Positions 24,975-34,012 of a stretch of 39,078 bases of DNA are shown one piece after another. Source of the DNA: a virus (Duplodnaviria; Caudoviricetes); IMG/VR virus record IMGVR_UViG_3300020044_009858, positions 1 to 39,078 of that record; one strand, given 5' to 3'. The notes under the pieces are model-generated. The model saw only the letters and a list, made by a program, of their open reading frames with translations, had not been told where the DNA came from and searched no databases. Each line of letters opens with the position of its first letter. Position 1 is the stretch's first letter. The position numbers were made by a program, and so were the translations under genes.

Positions 24975-25952
24975 TTAGTAAGGACTAGATTTCATGTTCC
25001 AGCTTGCTCCAAAATATTCATCTCCGCCAAACCCAGATTCTGGCATAATGCGAGAATTGTATGCGGCTTGAACAGTTTCTTCTTCAATTAACATTTTTTT
25101 AAGAGTATTAGCGTATTCAAGGCAATCCCTTGATTCTTGCGTTCCTCCGCGCTCATCGCGCAAAAGCATATCATAACAAACCAATTCCATTAAAACGCCG
25201 TCCATTCCGTTTACGGCAGGGTAATCTGTGTCTAATGTAAAACTGGGGGTTGTTTGTTTGCCAAGTACTCTTATTTCGTAAGAAACGTCAGGTTTATAAA
25301 GAAATTGAACGCGCTGGCTTTTAGGCAACGTAACATCGTTAGCGCCAAGCGTTACAATAACATTTGAATTAGAATCAACAAAACTAACAGTTCCTTGGGT
25401 AACGGGTTTAATAGCAGACACTAAAGATTCTATTGAACCAGTTGTTAGACCAGCAGCAAGAGCAACAGTTGTTTTTGAAACGCTAACATTGTCTGCTCCA
25501 ATAATGCTATAAGTCAAAGAAACACCAGCATCGCCAGCATTTGAATATTGAATGTTTAAATTCTGTGCTGTGTCAAAATCCCACAAAACAGAAGATAACG
25601 TCATAAAATCCGTTGGATTTCCAGTTTTAATAAACTGGTCTTGGTCAACGCGATAATACAACATTGGGCGCTCAACGTTTAATTTGCCTTTATCTGTTCT
25701 AGCAGCAATTACTTGAGCAATAGTTGGCGGCAAAATAAGGATGCCCTTTGTCGGCAAAAACGAAGAATTGGTAGTATATCCGCCATTAGGGTCAATTGGA
25801 ACAACCCATTCACACAAAGAATCTTTCCACAAAAAAGACCGCCACAATTGGTCGTGCCGCATTGTAAGAAAAGATTTACAAGTGGCAATATCCCTGTCTT
25901 GAACAAGACCAGTTCTTTGACCAATTATTGATGCAATTTCAGAAAGATTCAT
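24975..25952 (-). CDS. head-tail adaptor (tail tubular A-like)
   Basis: likely start MNLSEIASIIGQRTG at 25952; helical ends with beta-rich middle; precedes the nozzle gene. Confidence 0.65.
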   Translation of the reverse strand: MNLSEIASIIGQRTGLVQDRDIATCKSFLTMRHDQLWRSFLWKDSLCEWVVPIDPNGGYTTNSSFLPTKGILILPPTIAQVIAARTDKGKLNVERPMLYYRVDQDQFIKTGNPTDFMTLSSVLWDFDTAQNLNIQYSNAGDAGVSLTYSIIGADNVSVSKTTVALAAGLTTGSIESLVSAIKPVTQGTVSFVDSNSNVIVTLGANDVTLPKSQRVQFLYKPDVSYEIRVLGKQTTPSFTLDTDYPAVNGMDGVLMELVCYDMLLRDERGGTQESRDCLEYANTLKKMLIEEETVQAAYNSRIMPESGFGGDEYFGASWNMKSSPY

Positions 25953-25953
25953 A

Positions 25954-27318
25954 TTATCGGTAATAACATTTAGGTTTCCATTGTGCTTCAAGTCCGTTGG
26001 CGTTGTTGGCTCCATCTTTTTGAAGAATAGTTCCAATGGTTGCGTTTTTAACAATGTAAATGTTGCTTGAATTGTACCAAAAAGAAAAAATTCTAGTTCC
26101 ACTAGCTACAAAAGAAGAAATGTCAACTTCGTCGTTTGTTACATAAGTAGCATTTGTTGCAACGCACACCATTGACCACCTTACATAAGAAGGCGTGTAT
26201 CCTAAATTGTGAGCAAAATTAGTTGTCCAAGTTCCAGCTGTTATGTTGTTTGTGCCAGTAAAAATATAATTTGTGGGGGCGTAATTTGTTACAAAATATT
26301 GAGCTAAAGCGTTAAGCGTCAAAGTTGTGTTAGTTCCTTGAATTGTTGAAAACAACGGAAAAGTGTCGTTTGTAGAAAGCGTTGCAAGTCCATTGGTTCC
26401 AGTAGCCGCATTGCTAACAATAATTGAAGTAATTGGAAAATTGGTGACGTATCCAAACCCATTGGTCGTTGAATTAGTGCCGTAAACTAACCACGGGTAA
26501 AACAACTGCTTGTTAACATACGGAATATTGCGGTTTGTGCCTAAATCAGAAGCAAAAATTGTCTCTAAATTAGACAAACTTTGTTGATAGGGTATTCCGT
26601 TTGTTCCCCACCAAAGAGTTTGGGGATGATTGTTGGTCTGAAACCCATAAAAAGAGCCAGTCCAATTTGAAAGAACGTATCCATTTGTCCCGCCATAACT
26701 TAAATAAGAAACATTAATATTAGAAGATGCGTTTTTATAAAGGTTAGTAATTGATACGCTTCTTAAATCGTTATTAGTCTGACTGTAAAACATCATTAAA
26801 TCAGTAGATTTTGGAATATCTCCCGCAAGACCTGTAAGCATTAACGGGTTTGCAATAATGTTAGCATAAGTAACTTTGTACAAAACCCCACCAGAACTCA
26901 TTAAAAAATAATCAGCATTAGCCGGAAAGCTGTGCGTTGTTTTTGCCGTAATAAAAGTAGCCGGAATAGTGGCGTTATCCACTAATTGATGAAGTTGCGA
27001 TGCATTAATTTTTTGACCATCAACAAACGTAATACCTCTGGTAATGTCGGTTCCTCCATAACAAGCCATTGTAAATGCAAAAAACAGCCCAATAGCGGCA
27101 GGTTTAGACCATTGTTTTTTAATAAAGTCTACAGACATACCAAAATGTTTAGATATTTCTTTGGCGCTTATGGGGCGCTTTGCTTTGCGTTCTCCTTTTT
27201 CAATTTCAGCTAAAGCTTTAGGAACTTTGGCAAACACAGAGTTTGGGTCAACGGCTGGATTTCCGCATTTGCCAAATGGAGGGCGACCACTATGTAAAAT
27301 TTCAATAAGCTTGCTCAT
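25954..27318 (-). CDS. tail fibre-like protein with basic/HTH-like N-extension and signal-like hydrophobic segment
   Basis: DITRGITFVDGQKINASQLHQLVDNAT fibre-like segment, FAHNLGYTP C-terminal motif, 18 TN dipeptides. Confidence 0.65.
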   Translation of the reverse strand: MSKLIEILHSGRPPFGKCGNPAVDPNSVFAKVPKALAEIEKGERKAKRPISAKEISKHFGMSVDFIKKQWSKPAAIGLFFAFTMACYGGTDITRGITFVDGQKINASQLHQLVDNATIPATFITAKTTHSFPANADYFLMSSGGVLYKVTYANIIANPLMLTGLAGDIPKSTDLMMFYSQTNNDLRSVSITNLYKNASSNINVSYLSYGGTNGYVLSNWTGSFYGFQTNNHPQTLWWGTNGIPYQQSLSNLETIFASDLGTNRNIPYVNKQLFYPWLVYGTNSTTNGFGYVTNFPITSIIVSNAATGTNGLATLSTNDTFPLFSTIQGTNTTLTLNALAQYFVTNYAPTNYIFTGTNNITAGTWTTNFAHNLGYTPSYVRWSMVCVATNATYVTNDEVDISSFVASGTRIFSFWYNSSNIYIVKNATIGTILQKDGANNANGLEAQWKPKCYYR

Positions 27319-27518
27319 GGATAATTAGTAATATTTAACGAATTTAGACGATGAAGAATATCCTGCATGACAACAGGCGGAACAATGTAATTTGTTCCGT
27401 CATACCTAACTTCACGATTTGCTGGTATTACTATTATTCTTGTCTTGCAACCCATCGTGCAAGATAACATTAATAGTGTCAATGTCACCATCAACAATTG
27501 CTTTGTCAGCTTTTTCAT
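27315..27518 (-). CDS. o-spanin-like lipoprotein
   Basis: MKKLTKQLLMVTLTLLMLSCTMGC signal with lipobox-like Cys; overlaps the 3' half of the i-spanin-like gene in another frame. Confidence 0.65.
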   Translation of the reverse strand: MKKLTKQLLMVTLTLLMLSCTMGCKTRIIVIPANREVRYDGTNYIVPPVVMQDILHRLNSLNITNYP

Positions 27519-27624
27519 TTGCCTTATTTTGCAATGCTTTTGGCGTATTGTTGGCGGCAATTCCGGCAAGAATAACTGGCAACAACATACAAATAATTTG
27601 TATAATGCCGCCAATTATTGTCAT
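27412..27624 (-). CDS. i-spanin-like protein
   Basis: N-terminal TM segment then short helical domain; directly after the holin. Confidence 0.6.
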   Translation of the reverse strand: MTIIGGIIQIICMLLPVILAGIAANNTPKALQNKANEKADKAIVDGDIDTINVILHDGLQDKNNSNTSKS

Positions 27625-27630
27625 AAAGCA

Positions 27631-27855
27631 TTAAGCTTTAGGAGCATTTGCCGTTGCTTGTTTGTGAATAATAGACCAAACGGCAGTAATCACGGCAATA
27701 ACACTGCCAATAAATTGAGGGTCAGTAAGTTGCGCAGTCAAAGAAACAATTTGGTCTTGAGTAACTTTGCCTTTAGCAACAAGAATACCGCCACCAAAAG
27801 CCAACAATGTACGCAAAATGCCTTGCAACGTGTTTATATTAAGCCAATTAAACAT
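27631..27855 (-). CDS. putative holin
   Basis: QGILRTLLAFGGGILVAKG...IGSVIAVITAVWSIIHK, two TM segments; start MFNWL at 27855. Confidence 0.7.
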   Translation of the reverse strand: MFNWLNINTLQGILRTLLAFGGGILVAKGKVTQDQIVSLTAQLTDPQFIGSVIAVITAVWSIIHKQATANAPKA

Positions 27856-27856
27856 A

Positions 27857-28036
27857 TTAATATCCTTTTTTGTCTTGTATGTATTTGTTTCTATAATACC
27901 GCGCTGTGTAAAAACCAACTACAATTGCCATGATTCCGGCGCTAATTTGAACAAGCAAATTTACTATTGGTAAAAATGACGTAAAAGCCGATATTGTTGT
28001 AACAGCGGTTCCAAATAGTCCTTTATGGTTGTTCAT
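27857..28036 (-). CDS. 59-aa holin/antiholin-like membrane protein missed by the ORF track
   Basis: MNNHKGLFGTAVTTISAFTSFLPIVNLLVQISAGIMAIVVGFYTARYYRNKYIQDKKGY; ATGA-coupled start. Confidence 0.6.
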   Translation of the reverse strand: MNNHKGLFGTAVTTISAFTSFLPIVNLLVQISAGIMAIVVGFYTARYYRNKYIQDKKGY

Positions 28037-28269
28037 AATTTATCTTTTGGTTCTTCTGCGGCACGAACAGACATTCTGCCACAGACAATACCGACCAATG
28101 CTCCAACAACAGTTTGAAACGCAGGGTCGATAACTTTGAAAATTTCGTTGTTATCTATGCTGCTGACAAACAATCCAATCATCAGCGAGATAACGACGCA
28201 TAGCACGACGCTGCTTAAGACGCAGATGGCTATGAACGTAATGGCTTCGTTGATTTTGAACGATTTCAT
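28033..28269 (-). CDS. two-TM membrane protein
   Basis: two hydrophobic segments flanking IDNNEIFKVIDPAFQTVVG. Confidence 0.65.
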   Translation of the reverse strand: MKSFKINEAITFIAICVLSSVVLCVVISLMIGLFVSSIDNNEIFKVIDPAFQTVVGALVGIVCGRMSVRAAEEPKDKL

Positions 28270-28538
28270 TATTTGACGCTGATGTAGACAGTAAATGTGC
28301 CGTCAAGATTCTTGCGGACATTAACGCCCTGCAAATTGTCCACTGTGATTGGCACATTAGCACTGATGCCGCCAGCCTCAACAGCAGTAATGATTCCAGC
28401 AAACTGTTCTTTAGTCAGTTGGATGGGTTGCACCACAGTAATGATGTTGGTCTTCGTGGTCACATTGATGCTAGGAACATCTTGTGCGTTGATAACCCCC
28501 GCAATAGCGAGGCCGATAGCGATGATTGATTTTTTCAT
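28269..28538 (-). CDS. small secreted protein
   Basis: MKKSIIAIGLAIAGVINA-Q signal peptide. Confidence 0.65.
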   Translation of the reverse strand: MKKSIIAIGLAIAGVINAQDVPSINVTTKTNIITVVQPIQLTKEQFAGIITAVEAGGISANVPITVDNLQGVNVRKNLDGTFTVYISVK

Positions 28539-28541
28539 AAA

Positions 28542-29345
28542 TTAGTATGTAAACGAACCGTAAGGCAAAGCAGCACCGTTGTTGTATAGTTTGTTAATAT
28601 CCGTTGTAGACAAACACCTATTCCAAAATCCCCATTCATCAAGTTTTCCTGCAAAACTACTGTTAGAACCTGGGGAGCCGGTTCCGCCAGTGCCGTTGTT
28701 AAATAAATCTATTTCAACCGCCGTGTCGTAAAGCGAAACAGAAGTGCTGATTCCAACAAGTGTTCCATTAATATAACCAGACACAGTTGCCGTGGAACTG
28801 TCATAAGTCATGGTCAAATATACCCAAGTGTCTGTTGGATAAGTATCTGTAGAAATAACACCAGTACCGTCTGAATTTTTTTCAAAGAAAAGAAAACCAT
28901 CGTCAGCAATAAAAATTTGAGGAGAGCCATTGTATGTGTTAATGGATACAAGAATTTCTTGAGCAATTCCTATCTGGGTTGAATCAATATAAGCCCATCC
29001 ACTTAAACTCCAGCTTCCTGTAGTGTTTATTGTTGGATTAGCGCAATAAAGAACGTCATAAGAATTAACTGTTGCGTAAATAGCAGCCAAATTTATTTTA
29101 CCCGAAGCGTTATCAATACCGTCAAGATTAACTGGATCTACAAAGACATTGTTTGCATTAACTTGACTTACGCGATTTTGACCGTTTGATTCTTCGAGTT
29201 TCCAATACGCTTGCAACGAATTAAGCAATCCGTTTTGAGGAACAATGTACGGCATAGCCCCATTCACAAACTTCCCGCTTACAAACTTGCTACCTCCAAA
29301 GCAAGTAACAGTTGAGAGCAATAGGATGGCAATAAGTTTGTTCAT
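28542..29345 (-). CDS. LamG/concanavalin A-like domain protein with signal peptide
   Basis: LQAYWKLEE, WSLSGW, TWVYLTMTYD, YINGTL, FAGKLDEWGFWNRCLS...LYN; MNKLIAILLLSTVTCFG. Confidence 0.85.
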   Translation of the reverse strand: MNKLIAILLLSTVTCFGGSKFVSGKFVNGAMPYIVPQNGLLNSLQAYWKLEESNGQNRVSQVNANNVFVDPVNLDGIDNASGKINLAAIYATVNSYDVLYCANPTINTTGSWSLSGWAYIDSTQIGIAQEILVSINTYNGSPQIFIADDGFLFFEKNSDGTGVISTDTYPTDTWVYLTMTYDSSTATVSGYINGTLVGISTSVSLYDTAVEIDLFNNGTGGTGSPGSNSSFAGKLDEWGFWNRCLSTTDINKLYNNGAALPYGSFTY

Positions 29346-29923
29346 AGACGCCAGCAGACAACATTTGTAACCGTGACAGCAGCAGAATTAGCAGCATTGG
29401 TTTCAAACTTAAACGTAGCACCAACGCTCATTGGAATACAAAAAGGCTTGTAGGTCATGCCAGATGACCCGTTTGCGTGAGCAAGTCCAAACTGGAGCGC
29501 GTAGCCTACGCCGCTATTTGTGTAGCGCAACACACAACCGGAACTGCCGCCAGCACTTACAGCAGGTATGGCAACGGAACCGACAAGCAAACAACGCTGT
29601 CCAGAATTGGTATAAAGCGTTTGAATTGTGTATGTGTTAGTTGGATTGCTAGATGTGTTGATAGCCGCCGTGTTAGTGTCAATGTTAGACACATACGCAT
29701 TAACACCATTCGTAAACAACGTCACATCAAACACGTTTGTGCCTGTGCCGGTAGCGACAAAGTTAGACGCATAAGCTGTGTTGGTCACAAGGATTCCGGC
29801 AAAGTTAGTACCGCCACCACCGCCAGCTCCAACAGTTCCGTATGAACCAGTTTGACTGCCAAATTGTGCGCGAACAACAACCGCACTAATTAAGCAAATA
29901 ATTAGTGATAGTTTTAATTTCAT
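29342..29923 (-). CDS. secreted TN-rich beta protein, fibre/spike-like
   Basis: MKLKLSLIICLISAVVVRA-Q signal, poly-Gly linker, 10 TN dipeptides. Confidence 0.7.
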   Translation of the reverse strand: MKLKLSLIICLISAVVVRAQFGSQTGSYGTVGAGGGGGTNFAGILVTNTAYASNFVATGTGTNVFDVTLFTNGVNAYVSNIDTNTAAINTSSNPTNTYTIQTLYTNSGQRCLLVGSVAIPAVSAGGSSGCVLRYTNSGVGYALQFGLAHANGSSGMTYKPFCIPMSVGATFKFETNAANSAAVTVTNVVCWRL

Positions 29924-29924
29924 G

Positions 29925-30266
29925 TTATCCTTTAATTACAATTACAATGCTTCCGGATGCAGATGCAATGGTTTTTGTTGCCGCTGTGCTAGACCAGCAA
30001 CAATAAACCCCCGTCATGTCGCAAGAGCGACCAAGCGTACCGCCAAGACCACCCAATACAGGAAAAGAAAATAAAGGAACAGCTCCCTCCGAAGGAGCGG
30101 TTGCAGTACCAGAAGGAATTTCGTGTACCTGCAAATAAAGCGTTCCGCCAGTGCTGTTAAAGCACAGAACGTCCATAAGCTTTTCAGGACGAACAACACT
30201 GTTTTCAGTTCCAAAGCGAGAAGCAACATTGCTTGCGTTGCCAATTACATGAGTGGCGTGATTCAT
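29925..30266 (-). CDS. small beta-rich virion protein, possible decoration protein
   Basis: FNSTGGTLYLQV...P..GAVP...TG...CWSST; downstream of the capsid gene. Confidence 0.55.
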   Translation of the reverse strand: MNHATHVIGNASNVASRFGTENSVVRPEKLMDVLCFNSTGGTLYLQVHEIPSGTATAPSEGAVPLFSFPVLGGLGGTLGRSCDMTGVYCCWSSTAATKTIASASGSIVIVIKG

Positions 30267-30273
30267 AATTTTA

Positions 30274-30684
30274 TTACATCATTCTGTTAGCAGCTTCTGA
30301 TTTCAACTGGGCAAATTCATCCATTTCTCCACCTTCCGGAGTTTCGGTATTGTATTCGCCAGTATCAGCAGTGCTTTCTTTTTCTTTGGTAACAGGCTTT
30401 CCATTGACACTTTCAACAAAAATATAAGCATTGTCACCCTCAATTTTAGAAACTTTACCTTCAATTTGAAATTGAACCATATCACCAGATTCAGGGCTAG
30501 CCATCTGGTCATCTTCGGCAGGGCTGGCAAGAGACGAAACGGGAACACAAACTTCCATAGAAGTAGAATTTTCCATTCCTTTAGCCCCCATTGCTTTTTC
30601 CATATTTTTGCCAGCGTGCATTTTAGCTGGTTTAGGAGCCATATCATTTTCAGCGCCCATATCCATCATGTCTTTTTTTGCCAT
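30274..30684 (-). CDS. Met-rich acidic hypothetical protein
   Basis: ORF after the capsid hairpin; central beta segment PESGDMVQFQIEGKVSKIEG. Confidence 0.6.
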   Translation of the reverse strand: MAKKDMMDMGAENDMAPKPAKMHAGKNMEKAMGAKGMENSTSMEVCVPVSSLASPAEDDQMASPESGDMVQFQIEGKVSKIEGDNAYIFVESVNGKPVTKEKESTADTGEYNTETPEGGEMDEFAQLKSEAANRMM

Positions 30685-30699
30685 ATATAATTTAAGTTA

Positions 30700-30729
30700 G
30701 GGGCGGCAGGGATTAAACCCTGCCACCCC
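30700..30729 (-). terminator. hairpin after the major capsid gene (weak terminator or stabiliser)
   Basis: GGGGTGGCAGGG-TTTAAT-CCCTGCCGCCCC with only a weak U-tract. Confidence 0.6.
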
Positions 30730-30745
30730 GATTAACTACCAAGTT

Positions 30746-31855
30746 TTACTGGAACGAAGACTGACAACGGAGAGCGACAACGTGAGGAACGTCAGACGCA
30801 TCGCTGGTCAGTTTGAGGATGCTGCCGTAGTACACTTTCCAGCTACCAGCAACAACCTGATTGTAGCGGTCAGATTTGTCGGGCTGGTCAAGGATGGTGA
30901 TTTTAGGAGCAGACGGGTCGCCGCCAGCAACGTTGGTGGACAGTTTGACAGTGCCGTAAGCATCGTCGCCAATGTACAAACAGCTAAAAATACCGCCCGT
31001 GGAATCAAAAGTTCCATAAGTGGCATTTTCAGTCCACGGATTGGTGTGGCTAATAAACGCACCGCCATCAAGCTCAAAGTCTTCATACTTATAAAGCATT
31101 TGATTATCGCGCTGCGTCATAGCAGAAACCAGCGTTGCGTCTTGGCGAATATCAAACATCACCTGCGGAGGCGTAAGCACAGGATAAGCTTTGCCATCCG
31201 GAGCTTTAACATCGTTAGCGCGAAGCTGCGTAAGCGCACGGAGATGTTCCAAGCGCGTAAACTTGCTGTTAGCGCGGGTCAAGCCGTGCAGCGTGCTAAA
31301 ATCATTGGCGCTGTTGCCAGTGTTAACAACACCAGCAAAACGTTCAAAATAATTAGCAGAAGAAATGCCGTACGTCCCATTGCTGTTAAACAGCGTGGTC
31401 TGTGCAGCGCCCAAACCAAGAGCTTTAGCCTTGGCAGTGGTAGTCGCATCGCCCATCAGCGAGTTAGTAATAACTTGGTCAAGGTCAAGAGCAGCGTCCT
31501 TGCCCAGCGTCTTCATGTAAACCTGAAGCGTATCCAAAATATCCGTTGCACGGACAATATCAGAAATTTCAAAGTCATCACCACGCTGGTTCAAATAACA
31601 ATCCAGCGTGCCAACAGTGACAGTATCTTTGACAAGGTTCTGCACGCCTTCAGTAAGGTTCTGCACATAACCCTTACGAGCCTTACGAGCGCGGAAGAAA
31701 CGAATAGCCAAAAAGCCATTAGCCGGAGCCGATTTCTTGTCGGCAAACTGTGCCATGCGAAGGTTAAATTCAAGTTCCTTTAACAGTTCTTTGCTGAAGT
31801 ACACTTGCCGACGATTTGCAAAATCTGCCGGATTAGTTGTAGATGCCTGTGCCAT
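30746..31855 (-). CDS. major capsid protein (N4-gp56-like)
   Basis: LTEGV, ISD, DLDQVI, IGDDAYG, DKSDRYNQ...WK; follows the scaffold gene and precedes a hairpin. Confidence 0.88.
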   Translation of the reverse strand: MAQASTTNPADFANRRQVYFSKELLKELEFNLRMAQFADKKSAPANGFLAIRFFRARKARKGYVQNLTEGVQNLVKDTVTVGTLDCYLNQRGDDFEISDIVRATDILDTLQVYMKTLGKDAALDLDQVITNSLMGDATTTAKAKALGLGAAQTTLFNSNGTYGISSANYFERFAGVVNTGNSANDFSTLHGLTRANSKFTRLEHLRALTQLRANDVKAPDGKAYPVLTPPQVMFDIRQDATLVSAMTQRDNQMLYKYEDFELDGGAFISHTNPWTENATYGTFDSTGGIFSCLYIGDDAYGTVKLSTNVAGGDPSAPKITILDQPDKSDRYNQVVAGSWKVYYGSILKLTSDASDVPHVVALRCQSSFQ

Positions 31856-31881
31856 AAATAAATATTAAGTTATAGGAATAA

Positions 31882-32958
31882 TTAAGACATGACTGCCGCA
31901 TCAGAACGCAGGGCTTCAAACTGTTCTTCTGAAGACATGGCTTCAAAAGATTTATTGTTTTTAGGCAATTTTGTTACCCCACCAACTGGTGTCGGATTAG
32001 TCATTAAATTAAGTTCTTCCAGTTTAGATTTTGTTTCTTCTAGCTCTTTAGTCAAAATAGGTACACGGGCAGAAGCAGCTTCAGCGTTAGCAATACGAGC
32101 GCAATAATAAACAACAGCCGGAAGGTTTTCAATTTCAGGATGCTGTTGAATCATTTGCTTGTACAATTCGGCAGCAGATACTTGAACGCTGCTATTTTGT
32201 TTAGCAAATTCAGGAAAATCTATTGCCGCTTTTGAAATCCATTCCTTTTGCTGCGCAACAAATTGTTCTTTGTTTTGTTGTACAGTTTTAGGCGGATTGT
32301 TTCTAACGTATTCAGCAGATTTATAAGCAGCTTGAGCATCGCGTTTGGCAAATTTTGCCTCATCCCTCAATGTTTCAGCTTTATCAAAGTCCCCATTTTT
32401 GTCTGCTTTATCAGCTTCTTGCTCTTTTTGTTCAGCAAGCTGTAACTGTTTAGCGGCAAACAATTCATACTTTTCAGGAGTAGGCTTTGTAGCTTCTTGT
32501 TCTGCTTTAAAAGCAGCAACCTCTTTATTAAAGGCTTCAATTTTTTTCTGTTGTTGCAATTCAAAGTTCTTTTCAGCTTCTTTAATTGCATCCCAACGAA
32601 TTAAACGTTTGCCTAAATCAGCCCCATACTTGCTTTGCGTTAATTTAAGATAAGCATTAAATTTCTTTTTCTCATCTTCATTAAGCGCAACAGGCTGTTC
32701 TTCAACAGGTTTTTTGCTTTCTTTAACTGGCTTTTCTGCGTCTGCCCGTGCATCTATCTTTTCTTTAGGGCTAGTTTTGGATTCAACCTTTTCAGCCGTA
32801 GGCGGGGTTTTTTCACCTACTTCATTACCCTGTTCTTCAATTTTAGGTTCAACAGATTCATTGGCTGTTTCCACAGAGGCTTGCTCTGCTTCCATCCTAG
32901 ACAATTTTTGTTCTGCCGTTTCTTCAATTGAGCTTTTTTCTGTTAGGTCTTTTTCCAT
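31882..32958 (-). CDS. capsid scaffolding protein
   Basis: E/K/A-rich coiled coil ending FEAMSSEEQFEALR; immediately upstream of the capsid gene. Confidence 0.75.
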   Translation of the reverse strand: MEKDLTEKSSIEETAEQKLSRMEAEQASVETANESVEPKIEEQGNEVGEKTPPTAEKVESKTSPKEKIDARADAEKPVKESKKPVEEQPVALNEDEKKKFNAYLKLTQSKYGADLGKRLIRWDAIKEAEKNFELQQQKKIEAFNKEVAAFKAEQEATKPTPEKYELFAAKQLQLAEQKEQEADKADKNGDFDKAETLRDEAKFAKRDAQAAYKSAEYVRNNPPKTVQQNKEQFVAQQKEWISKAAIDFPEFAKQNSSVQVSAAELYKQMIQQHPEIENLPAVVYYCARIANAEAASARVPILTKELEETKSKLEELNLMTNPTPVGGVTKLPKNNKSFEAMSSEEQFEALRSDAAVMS

Positions 32959-32960
32959 TT

Positions 32961-33323
32961 TTAATGCGTAAAGGCGAGTTCATTTATAACGGGCATCTCA
33001 TCTTCGCCAAAACGAGGCTCGGTTGTTGCATCTTGAACGGGGGATGCTCCCGAAATTTGAGACAAACTTTCAAGCCAGTTTACTGCGTCTGAAAATCCAG
33101 CAGCCCTATCTGGCGAAATTGCTTTTTTAGTACAGGCGTCTAATGCCAATTTACACTCAAGCGCTCTTGCGCGAGCCATTAAAACCCTGCCTTCTTCGCT
33201 ACTTAAAAACTTTTTAAGACCAGTAGCATAGTCCGGCGTCCAGTCTGGAGCAAAAGATGGCGCGGCAATAAGGCTTTTTTTACGCCTAATCAACCGCGCC
33301 ATCAATTGTTTAACCATACTCAA
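32961..33323 (-). CDS. hypothetical protein upstream of scaffold
   Basis: W...LKKFLSSEEGRVL...RAAGF helical pattern. Confidence 0.6.
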   Translation of the reverse strand: MSMVKQLMARLIRRKKSLIAAPSFAPDWTPDYATGLKKFLSSEEGRVLMARARALECKLALDACTKKAISPDRAAGFSDAVNWLESLSQISGASPVQDATTEPRFGEDEMPVINELAFTH

Positions 33324-33953
33324 TTACGGGAGAAACGTACCAGCAACACCATTAATGCCACCATTAGACGTATAAGCCGTTGAAACCAGCAACGGCTCAC
33401 CACGGGAACCAAACCCAATATACTGACCAAGCAAAGAAATGGTAGTTGCTTTGCAAGGAACAGTAAAATTAGTAGTGTATCCATACACTTTGTCGCCAGA
33501 AACAACAGCATAAGTAGGAGCGCTATTTACAACAAAGTTAGTAGCAGTAACGCTAGCAACAATACGCACTTCATAAATATCGCTAGCAGAATGACGAATA
33601 ACAACCGGATTGCCAGCAACAATGCCATTAGTCTGACTGTTTACAACGTTAGTATTAGCATCCGTTGAAAAATTAACAGTAATGGTTGTGGTTGAGTTAG
33701 ATTGGCAAAGATTGCCAGTTGTGCTTTTCCACACTTGGACAGCGCCAGTAGCGCTATCATTAGTAGCAGAAAGATAAGTAATAGCAGGAGTAAGACCGCC
33801 AACGCTATTAATGCTTCCAACAGCAAAATTAGTTGTGCCAAACGTAAATGAACCAGCCGCTGAAAATGCCGAAACAGTATTTGGAGAAAGCTGCGCATTA
33901 GAGGTTACGCTGGTCAAAATAGCCAGCCCGATAATTGTCATTAGTTTTTTCAT
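33324..33953 (-). CDS. secreted TN-rich beta protein
   Basis: start MKKLMTIIGLAILTSVTSNA-Q at 33953; 6 TN dipeptides. Confidence 0.7.
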   Translation of the reverse strand: MKKLMTIIGLAILTSVTSNAQLSPNTVSAFSAAGSFTFGTTNFAVGSINSVGGLTPAITYLSATNDSATGAVQVWKSTTGNLCQSNSTTTITVNFSTDANTNVVNSQTNGIVAGNPVVIRHSASDIYEVRIVASVTATNFVVNSAPTYAVVSGDKVYGYTTNFTVPCKATTISLLGQYIGFGSRGEPLLVSTAYTSNGGINGVAGTFLP

Positions 33954-34012
33954 TATTTTATTGTTAGTGCGAATTCTCGCTTTGTTTATGGTTAACTGCA
34001 AATTTAATTTAG

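Noticed and set aside
25953-26102. ORF-track N-terminal extensions (26102, 34016, 27918, 27614, 3867, 6285)
   Set aside because: They overlap upstream genes; downstream ATGs give better spacing, coupling or signal peptides
30782-31783. 333-aa + strand ORF
   Set aside because: Antisense shadow of the major capsid gene caused by codon bias
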